Of a stretch of 20,000 nucleotides of DNA, positions 1-7,006 are shown piece by piece (position 1 is the stretch's first letter; every line of letters begins with the position of its first letter). Where the stretch lies: assembly GCA_964007735.1 (NCBI GenBank), contig CAXGAI010000020.1, forward strand, positions 58,454 to 78,453. The letters are read 5' to 3'. The translations under genes were made by a program, and so were the position numbers. Under the pieces are notes generated by a model, which made no database searches, was not told the origin of the DNA, and worked only from the letters and a program-made list of their open reading frames with translations. The DNA comes from an uncultured Rhodopirellula sp. GTDB lineage: Bacteria > Planctomycetota > Planctomycetia > Pirellulales > Pirellulaceae.

Positions 1-942
1 GACCCAATCTTCCGAGTTAAGTTCCCCCTCACCGAGTGTTAGAAGGTTGAAGACACCGCGACGAGGACTCCCTAGAGAAAGATGGAAATGTGCCATCGTA
101 TCGAAGCCTGGAGGGCCGACAATCAAGGAACCTCCGACCGCCTTGAAACCATCAACTCCTAAAGTAGGTAATAAAGCCAATGCCGCTTGTGCCTGGAAGT
201 TGTCCTGCGTGGTTGATTTTACGAGGGTAAGCGGATCAGCGTAGAAACTAATCTGTGGTTGGAAATCTTCAGCACCTACGCTGTTACGCATAATGTCAGT
301 GAATTTACGATTATCGGCTAGTGTTCGATCGGCTTCTGTGGCAGTACCTTCCCATACGCTAATTAGATGGGTGGCCATCAGTTCACTACTGCACAAGACA
401 ACGGTCTCTTCTTTAATAAAAGAGTAGACGTCATCATCGTCACCAGGATTAGCAAAAAGCGTTACTTCAGTTTCGCCAATCAATTCTTCGGAAAGATCAC
501 CGGCGTTGTTAATGTGTTCAAATTCGGCACGTTCCAAAAGAGTGATTGCTGTATCGACATTTTCACCAACGTCGGCAATAAAAGCGAACATAGGGCGACC
601 CGTATCGGTAACTGCCAAACTAAGGGCAACTTCACCGGTTGGTAGTTCCATTAATTCCTCGACGCTTACGCCCAATTCATCCTCGACCTGAGGAAACGCA
701 TTGATAAACTCGTTGTAGAGGCGGTCTACCAAAGGTGAAACGGAAGCATCGTTACGAATTTTCCCAAATGATGTTTTTAAAAAGTCATCCCCAAGTGCCG
801 GGAAATCGTCGACTCTTAAATAAACAACTGTATTATACGGAAGAAGTTTGGGAGCACTTGGACGCTCGGCTTTTACATTTGGTATCGCTAGGAACGTGAA
901 GAACAACAAAGCCACGAATGGAAGTTTGATTTTGAAATTCAT
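1..942 (-). CDS. Exported protein, DUF3352-like (planctomycete type); 3' end runs off the left edge of the window
   Basis: Not in the ORF track. Manual translation from ATG at 942 is open to base 1 (314 codons): MNFKIKLPFVALLFFTFLAIPNVKA-ERPSAPKLLPYNTVVYLRVDDFPALGDDFLKTSFGKI...LPTGEVALSL...ISFYADP...LGVDGFKAVGGS...SPRRGVFNLL...EDWV. Sec-type signal peptide ending VKA. The 'LLP.NT.VY.RV', 'GEVAL' and 'LG.DG.KAVG' segments recall DUF3352-like proteins (recognised by eye). Confidence 0.75.
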   Translation of the reverse strand, partial: MNFKIKLPFVALLFFTFLAIPNVKAERPSAPKLLPYNTVVYLRVDDFPALGDDFLKTSFGKIRNDASVSPLVDRLYNEFINAFPQVEDELGVSVEELMELPTGEVALSLAVTDTGRPMFAFIADVGENVDTAITLLERAEFEHINNAGDLSEELIGETEVTLFANPGDDDDVYSFIKEETVVLCSSELMATHLISVWEGTATEADRTLADNRKFTDIMRNSVGAEDFQPQISFYADPLTLVKSTTQDNFQAQAALALLPTLGVDGFKAVGGSLIVGPPGFDTMAHFHLSLGSPRRGVFNLLTLGEGELNSEDWV

Positions 943-988
943 GTAGGTGATTGCCTTAAATCTTTAGGGGGTTAGAGATACTAGGTTG

Positions 989-1017
989 TTAAACACCACG
1001 GATGCTACAAGGTTTCG
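989..1017 (-). promoter_or_regulatory. Candidate ECF-sigma-type promoter for the DUF3352-like gene
   Basis: Minus strand CGAAAC-N14-GGTGTTTAA ending 46 nt before the ATG at 942. A matching motif with identical spacing lies upstream of gspG (14261-14289). Confidence 0.45.
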
Positions 1018-1242
1018 TAAGGTATGCTAATTAACAAAAAGCAGCAAGACGGTAAATTATACCGATTAACCTGAGTTTTCGTTGTTTTGGGTTTATTCAG
1101 GGGTGTCGTCTCAATTTACGTTTATAATCGATTAACACGGTATTTACGACTATACAGGCTGGTTCACTGATGACGAACTAGACTCTGTTGGCCGCCTTTT
1201 TAAGGGCAGACCTCAAATATATGCATCAGCAGGGCAAATAAC

Positions 1243-1863
1243 ATGTTAACACTAGTGAAACACTTCCTAACCGCAGCATCTATCTTGGTTTGGGCGCCGA
1301 TCGCTTATGGGCAGGTGGGAAACCAAAACATGCAAACCGGACAAGGCGGTCAAGTGTCTTCCACCGGTGAGATTTCCAGCCAAACGTCCAATCAGGGGTT
1401 CGTTGGGGGCGGCGGGATTGGAGGTGATCCCCGCGCGACTTCAAGTGAGGCCAGCATGGGCGGCGGAGGTATGGGTGGCTTTGGAGGCATGGGTGGATTC
1501 GGAGGCATGGGTGGCTTTGGAGGCATGGGCCGCGGAATGATGGGAGGCATGTTTGGGGGCCAACAACAGCAACAACCGGGGGCTAACCTACGCTTTCCTT
1601 TTGTGGTTAAATTTTCAGTGCGTCCCATTATTGTGGCTAATGTAAAACAAAAGGCTCAAACTCGACTTACTAAACTGCCGGGCTTATCGCGTTTTAATAA
1701 AGTCGTGGTAGACCTGGAGAAATCAACTGCCACGTTGACGGGCCAAGTTGTCTCCGAACGAGAGAAGTCTCTAGTGGAACGCCTGGTACTTCTGGAACCT
1801 GGAATCAATTCAGTAAATAACAATTTGGCGATTGCAGACAAACCGCCCCAAGATAACGAATAA
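1243..1863 (+). CDS. BON-domain protein with signal peptide and Gly/Met/Gln-rich low-complexity region
   Basis: Signal peptide (…WAPIAYG/Q), then a GGMGGF repeat and QQQQQ. The C-terminal ~65 aa match the BON pattern: V.V.....ATLTGQV.S..EK.L.E.LV..EPGI.SV.NNL.I. Confidence 0.85.
   Translation: MLTLVKHFLTAASILVWAPIAYGQVGNQNMQTGQGGQVSSTGEISSQTSNQGFVGGGGIGGDPRATSSEASMGGGGMGGFGGMGGFGGMGGFGGMGRGMMGGMFGGQQQQQPGANLRFPFVVKFSVRPIIVANVKQKAQTRLTKLPGLSRFNKVVVDLEKSTATLTGQVVSEREKSLVERLVLLEPGINSVNNNLAIADKPPQDNE
1465..1530 (+). repeat. In-frame 18-bp tandem repeat (about 3.7 units) encoding GGMGGF
   Basis: ggaggtatgggtggcttt / ggaggcatgggtggattc / ggaggcatgggtggcttt / ggaggcatgggc; differences are only at synonymous positions. 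Confidence 0.9.
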
Positions 1864-1882
1864 GTTAACGGCACAATAACGC

Positions 1883-1920
1883 AAAAAGCCCGGATGTTGC
1901 TCACGCATCCGGGCTTTTTT
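1883..1920. terminator. Bidirectional Rho-independent terminator
   Basis: AAAAAGCCCGGATG-ttgctcacg-CATCCGGGCTTTTTT: perfect 14-bp inverted repeat with A/T tracts on both sides, between the convergent stops at 1863 and 1937. Confidence 0.92.
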
Positions 1921-1936
1921 GTTTGGACCACTTAGG

Positions 1937-2845
1937 TTAGGGACGCTGTGGTGGTCCAAGCTTGATTGTTTTTAAGCCGGATGGATTCACGGTGGTTTTT
2001 ATTCCCGTAGGACGCCGGCGAGCGTTGTAGTCATCGTAATTTGGTAAAGCGTTGCTGCTGGACGGAATAGTAACGGGAGCTGGCGAGGTAGCATTAGTAG
2101 TTCGGACTACTTGCTGTGGAGCAGCGGCCATATGCCGAGCCAAGCTGGGCGAAACATTGATTGTTTGAGTGTTTCTGCGGTAAATGGCGTCATCTGTATG
2201 ATGACGCTCGAGGGTGTCAACACGCATTGATCGTTGCTGCTGTGCGTTTACGAGCCTGTCTCCGTTATTTTGTTTTTGGTTGTTAGGCGAATTGCCGGGC
2301 AAAGTCACTTTGCTGAATAAGCCATTAATTACATTCCCATCAGTTGGAATGAAGACTGGTACCAGGCTTACCTTCTTGCCATGACCCCCTAATTTTTGCC
2401 AGGGAATCCAGAAACTGTAGGACGGCCCTAGTTCAGATTCTGTCAGATGCGAGGAAAGCTGATCGGCACGGAAGACATACTTCCGATTCGGTTGACGATC
2501 GGAATGATCGGCCGTGGGGTTGTTTGTGTCATCAAACGCGTAAACGACCAGCTGTCCTTCCACCTCGACGGCTTCTTGTTTTCGATTGTAGAAATACATG
2601 CGGCCACCAAAACCTTGAACTGCGCCACCCGTTGGTGTTGATAGAACGTCATGAGCCCAAATGGCCACAATTCGGGAGGCGCTCTCTTCGTGTTTTCGCT
2701 TGGCGGCCTGTTCAGAATTCCATGGCATCGCATCATCTAATGCTTTGGTAGAATTGGAAAGGCTCTTACATCCACTCGTAAGTGCAATTGTTGTTAAAGC
2801 TATACAGATTAATCCGAATCGGAGTAAGGGTTGGGGGGATATCAT
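1937..2845 (-). CDS. Lipoprotein of unknown function directly downstream of the secretin (candidate pilotin/accessory)
   Basis: Lipobox LTSG-C after a hydrophobic stretch; AGGTG RBS upstream. Beta-rich core (RIVAIW…GFGGRMYFY…VEGQLVVYAFDD…KYVF…LGPSYSFWIPW…VSLVPVF), then a Pro/Thr/Gln-rich tail. 61 bp from the secretin stop. Confidence 0.8.
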   Translation of the reverse strand: MISPQPLLRFGLICIALTTIALTSGCKSLSNSTKALDDAMPWNSEQAAKRKHEESASRIVAIWAHDVLSTPTGGAVQGFGGRMYFYNRKQEAVEVEGQLVVYAFDDTNNPTADHSDRQPNRKYVFRADQLSSHLTESELGPSYSFWIPWQKLGGHGKKVSLVPVFIPTDGNVINGLFSKVTLPGNSPNNQKQNNGDRLVNAQQQRSMRVDTLERHHTDDAIYRRNTQTINVSPSLARHMAAAPQQVVRTTNATSPAPVTIPSSSNALPNYDDYNARRRPTGIKTTVNPSGLKTIKLGPPQRP

Positions 2846-2906
2846 TATTTAACACCTGATAAAGAAATGGCATACTACTCGAGCGTTGACGTCTAATCCA
2901 TAAACG

Positions 2907-5900
2907 TTAACGACTAATGGGTGTCGTGTAGTTTTGCGTAGTTTGGGGGGGCACGCGTCTAAATTGGCCGTTATAAGGTTGTTGCGGCTGGACAGTGTGG
3001 TGGGCGGAGCCCTGTAGGCCCCTATTGGAAGCGGGTAAATACGGATTTTCGCTGACACCACCGGGAGCCTGAGGCACGGGCGCAACACGCTGTTGATAAC
3101 CTGGCTGCGAAGGAGTACCCAACTGCCGTTGAGGGGGATAGGGGCTCCCTTGCATTACCCGCGGATTAGTCGTTCGGGGAAACATATGCCGACTCTGCAA
3201 TTGATTTCCATCACGCTCCTGTATAGCACCACCCATGGATGATGAAGGGAATGCATGGTCTAGAAGGGTTCCGGCGGGATCGTCGTCCGGATAAATTACC
3301 GTTCCGGGTTCGCCCCAAAAACCACGACCCTCTTTCATGCCCGTGTCACCCTGAATTTCGGTAAGATCTGATAGTAACCAGCTCATACGTTCCGTTTCCA
3401 AGGCTTTGATGCGGTCAATGTCCTCTTCACCTCGTACGATGTGAGGCGTCATGATAATCAATAACTCTTTACGTTTTTCTGTTTCGGTATCATACCGGAA
3501 AAGGTTTCCTATCCCCGGAAGGTCCCCGAGTACGGGTATGCTACGCCTGGCGACGGCTTTGTCTTTGGTGATCAAGCCGGCGAAGACGACAGTTTCGCCG
3601 TCCTGAGCACTAACTACTGTTTCCGCGGTCGTCTTATTAATCGGGGCGGCCATAACAGCCATCCCGTCCGGATTAATACCTACTACCGTTCCCGAGCTCG
3701 CTTCTCCTAGTTCAGATTTTTCGGCGCCGACGACCATCACAATGCGACCGTCGATGGTGACCCGCGGTCTAACATTTAGCAGCAGACCAATGGAAACAGG
3801 TTCGGAGGTATTGGTAATTCCACCGAATTGATTTGCCTGGCTTCCTGTAATCTGTCGAATATCAGAACCCACCTGAACAAACCCTTCGGTCATGTCTAAA
3901 GTCATAATTTGCGGCCTGCTCAATATCTGAAGACGCCCACGATCTTGCAAGGCTCTCATCATGATATGGATAGACTCGTTAGCGGCACTGACAGCAAGGC
4001 CGCCGTATCCGAGCGCGGCACTATTGCGTCCCATGCCAAAACCCGATATGACCTGACCTGCAAGGCTTTCCCGAGAGGCAGTTGCACCAGGGTCATTGCC
4101 TAATGTTTGTCCGTGCCAGGCAAAGCCGTTGGTTGAGGCACCTCTATCAAACAGAAGACTGTCCTGGAGACCAAGTTCGACACCAGCTTCGAAACTATCA
4201 TTCAGCTCGACTTCAGCAATGATGACTTGAATCATCACCATGGCTGGCTCGAAGTCCAGCTCTTCCACAAGAGAAATAAGCGTGTCAAAAGTCTTCGGGT
4301 GAGCTGAAATAATGACCGAATTACTCGCTACATCCCAGGCCACGACAACTTCTGTCGCTTCTATTTCGTAGTTAGCAATACTAGTCTGCTGGCTGAACGA
4401 CTGCGTCAATAATTGACGCTGGGTATTAACATAGGTCTGCAAGGTTTGACCAACGGATGAAGCATCGGCATTCTTCAAACGGATCACCTCACTTCGACGT
4501 GTTTCAATATCACCCTCATCCAGGCGTATTAAAAGAAGTTCTACAATGTCTAAATCAGTCTCCGAGCCGGAGGCAATCACACTGTTAGTACGCTGGTCTA
4601 CCGCAAATCGTAGTGGAACAAGCGAAGACTCTCCCCCACCGATTCCTCCCGCACCAGCGCTAAGCGCCGAATTAAAAGCATTACTGCTTGCATTCGACCC
4701 TGCCGTAACTTGAAGGCCAAATAGCTCCTGAAGTAGTTGTGTGAGATTTATCGCGTCTCCGTTTTCAACCTGAAAAACCTTGATTTGGGCTTCGGCGTTG
4801 GGAAGTTGGTCCAGTTGTGTAATTAGCTCTTCTATCAACGGCATGGCTGTAGCGGGAGCTCTCACAACAAGAGCGTTAACATTCTCATCAGCTGTTACTG
4901 AGGCACCAGCTAGGATACCGGAGTTAACCTTGCTTTCACCGCCGTTGGTAATGGTGAGGATTTCCAATTTAGAGGATTGCGGACTAATCGTAGCCGTGCT
5001 GCCTTGTTGGCCGCCCCCTTGGTTACCTTGATTCGTTGAAATCCCTGTAATGGCCTCCTGCAGGACCGGCTGAAGGTCAGCGGAAAGCGCATTTTTCAGT
5101 CGAAATACTCGCAGTTGGTTCGTGGCTGGAGAATCTTCAATGTCTAATCGCTCCAGTAAAGCAGCAATTTCCTTAACATCACGAGGAGCCGCGTGAACAA
5201 TCAGACTGTTGGTTCGGTAGTCGGCGATCAAACGAGGACGGACGCCCAATCCAGGCCTTTGTTCTTCATCACCGCCCGGCTGGTTGGTGTAGAAGGATCG
5301 AATTTGCCGCTCCGCATCAAGGGCCGACATATGCTTAAGGGCAAAGATCTCAAACTGTGTATCTGGCCGGACTGGCTGATCGAGTTTTGCAATCAAATCC
5401 TTGATAGCCGACATACTCTCTTCGCGACCGATAAGTAGAAGGGCATTTGGTTTGTCAAGTGCCGTGATACTCACACTACTGTTTCGGGCCCCAAAGACAT
5501 CATCGTAAAGTTCTTCGATCAGTTCAGTGATTACATTGCTATCCACATGCTTTAGATTGTGGATTTCGATTGCGGGCTGAGTCTCACTGGTACGTTGTTC
5601 GATTTCTTCGATGATCTCTATGACACGGGCCACGTCACTACGATGACCTTTGATAATAAAGACGCCAAGGCCTTCTACAAATTCAATTTGGACCGGGCCA
5701 ATTAAGCCGGCTTCCCCCGGTTCGATCTGCAGGAGGGTCTCTCCTATCTCTTCGTTACCTTCGGGATCGGCAGGAGCTTCTTCCTCTTGTGCCACAGTAT
5801 CTTGGTTGAAAATGGAGCTAACGAGGTCACCCCCCCACGCTTTGCGGTTACCAGTCCTTTGTAGGGTGGCATCACTCTCTCCGGCGGCTTTCTCAGCATT

Positions 5901-6803
5901 CTCAATTAACGCAACTGCTTTGTTTACAGTGTTGGGGCTAGCTTTTTCGACAGGAACGATTCCAGTGCGTTCCTCCTTGCCAGACTTCGGCTGGTCTAAC
6001 AGGCGAGTGATTTTTAACCAGGACTGGCTTGCTACTTCGTCACCCTGAATGGTAATTGTGTTGGTTCGTCGATTGACTTGAAGTAACGCTCCGCTCCCAG
6101 ATCGCGACGGTACAGCAATACTTGCAACTTCTCCGGTTGGGTTGGTGCTGATATTGAGCTTGCCCCCCATCATGTTTTGAATGGAGGCTTCGAATTCCTT
6201 CCAGCCAATACTTTTCAACTGATGGATGGGCTTAACGCCACCTGAAACGGGTTGCACAGTGGTTGGCGAAGCGGTTCCAACTGTCCGCAGGTATTGTTCT
6301 ATTTGTTGGTGCACCGGGTCGCCGGCTATAACGACAACTTGTCCCGTTCGGGCGTCCGGCACGACCTTAACTTCTTTCTGACTTGCGAATGCAGCCTGGA
6401 TCCTTTGAGCGGTCTCTGTTAGCAATTCGGTGGGTACATTGTATCCTACGACCCTCGAGGTGCTCTGTTTGGCAGTTTGCGTGGATTGAGTTGCCGGCGG
6501 TTTATCTAACGTCCGGAGCAAGTCGGCAGCAATTTTATGAGCGTTATACGAGCCATTCACAATTAAAGTGTTATTTTTACGATTCGCTGTGACCTGGGCA
6601 TTAACACCAAAATCTTTAAGCACAGACTGAAGCCTTGTAGCCAACGCAGGGGCCTGATTGTGCTTCACCTGCAACACTGCAGTATTTCCTGATTGCGTCT
6701 GAGCAAAGGCTATCGAGCTGCTAAAAAGCATGATTATCGTGACCGCCAACACCCTTTGGCCGATACACTTTCTGAATAGGAATTCCATTTCCATGTCTCT
6801 CAA
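2907..6803 (-). CDS. gspD: Giant T2SS secretin (GspD-like) with about 9 secretin N-domain repeats; true start may be ATG 6794 or 6788 rather than TTG 6803
   Basis: Signal peptide (…SSIAFA/Q). Repeated N-domain motifs (F.LK.A.A…D.RTN.LIV.A……I..L...LD). Clear secretin barrel motifs: VMIQVIIAEV, ILSRPQIMTLD, TVVSAQDGETVVFAGLI, IPVLGDLPGIGNLFR, KELLIIMTPHIV. Long Pro/Gln-rich C-terminal tail. Confidence 0.93.
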   Translation of the reverse strand: MRDMEMEFLFRKCIGQRVLAVTIIMLFSSSIAFAQTQSGNTAVLQVKHNQAPALATRLQSVLKDFGVNAQVTANRKNNTLIVNGSYNAHKIAADLLRTLDKPPATQSTQTAKQSTSRVVGYNVPTELLTETAQRIQAAFASQKEVKVVPDARTGQVVVIAGDPVHQQIEQYLRTVGTASPTTVQPVSGGVKPIHQLKSIGWKEFEASIQNMMGGKLNISTNPTGEVASIAVPSRSGSGALLQVNRRTNTITIQGDEVASQSWLKITRLLDQPKSGKEERTGIVPVEKASPNTVNKAVALIENAEKAAGESDATLQRTGNRKAWGGDLVSSIFNQDTVAQEEEAPADPEGNEEIGETLLQIEPGEAGLIGPVQIEFVEGLGVFIIKGHRSDVARVIEIIEEIEQRTSETQPAIEIHNLKHVDSNVITELIEELYDDVFGARNSSVSITALDKPNALLLIGREESMSAIKDLIAKLDQPVRPDTQFEIFALKHMSALDAERQIRSFYTNQPGGDEEQRPGLGVRPRLIADYRTNSLIVHAAPRDVKEIAALLERLDIEDSPATNQLRVFRLKNALSADLQPVLQEAITGISTNQGNQGGGQQGSTATISPQSSKLEILTITNGGESKVNSGILAGASVTADENVNALVVRAPATAMPLIEELITQLDQLPNAEAQIKVFQVENGDAINLTQLLQELFGLQVTAGSNASSNAFNSALSAGAGGIGGGESSLVPLRFAVDQRTNSVIASGSETDLDIVELLLIRLDEGDIETRRSEVIRLKNADASSVGQTLQTYVNTQRQLLTQSFSQQTSIANYEIEATEVVVAWDVASNSVIISAHPKTFDTLISLVEELDFEPAMVMIQVIIAEVELNDSFEAGVELGLQDSLLFDRGASTNGFAWHGQTLGNDPGATASRESLAGQVISGFGMGRNSAALGYGGLAVSAANESIHIMMRALQDRGRLQILSRPQIMTLDMTEGFVQVGSDIRQITGSQANQFGGITNTSEPVSIGLLLNVRPRVTIDGRIVMVVGAEKSELGEASSGTVVGINPDGMAVMAAPINKTTAETVVSAQDGETVVFAGLITKDKAVARRSIPVLGDLPGIGNLFRYDTETEKRKELLIIMTPHIVRGEEDIDRIKALETERMSWLLSDLTEIQGDTGMKEGRGFWGEPGTVIYPDDDPAGTLLDHAFPSSSMGGAIQERDGNQLQSRHMFPRTTNPRVMQGSPYPPQRQLGTPSQPGYQQRVAPVPQAPGGVSENPYLPASNRGLQGSAHHTVQPQQPYNGQFRRVPPQTTQNYTTPISR

Positions 6804-6898
6804 TTGTCATATAGGGCTAGCCATATTGTTTGCCAAACCAGCGTCCCTACTGGTTATGCGCAGGCGATTCTTAAGCGCAGGACCCGTCATGTTCACTA

Positions 6899-6926
6899 GA
6901 ATCGGAATAACCGACAAAGTCCTTGA
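6899..6926 (-). promoter_or_regulatory. Candidate sigma-28 (FliA)-like promoter upstream of the secretin
   Basis: Minus strand TCAAG-N15-TCCGATTC, resembling TAAA(G)-N15/16-GCCGATAA. It lies just after the internal terminator and about 100 nt before the gspD start. Confidence 0.35.
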
Positions 6927-6935
6927 CCTTTTAAA

Positions 6936-6986
6936 CAAAGAAAAAGCGAGTAATACTGCTCTCTGACAGCGTTACTCGCTTTTCTT
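6936..6986 (-). terminator. Rho-independent terminator inside the cluster, between the GspM/C-like gene and gspD
   Basis: Minus strand AAAAGCGAGTAA-c-gctg-tcagagag-cagt-a-TTACTCGCTTTT followed by TCTTTGTTT. The 12-bp perfect stem (6942-6953/6972-6983) starts about 23 nt after the stop at 7007. Confidence 0.85.
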
Positions 6987-7006
6987 ATCTCGCTAGATTA
7001 CCCAGG

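Noticed and set aside
47..691. Three short plus-strand ORFs (47-244, 367-645, 506-691)
   Set aside because: They are antisense shadows of the long minus-strand ORF 1-942, which has a signal peptide and protein-like composition.
1..1240. Somewhat AT-richer left end as a horizontally acquired island
   Set aside because: No integrase, transposase, tRNA or flanking repeats. The shift is modest, judged only by eye, and partly explained by the intergenic promoter region.
1307..1931. Overlapping ORFs 1307-1540, 1392-1628 and 1656-1931 (AWVALE, PPMPPK and poly-Cys patterns)
   Set aside because: They are alternative-frame or antisense readings of the GGM repeat and CAA run in the BON gene.
2848..2856. 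GGTGTTAAA upstream of the lipoprotein as a third copy of the ECF-like motif
   Set aside because: No AAC at the required spacing, and it is only 2 nt from the ATG; it is better explained as the AGGTG ribosome-binding site.
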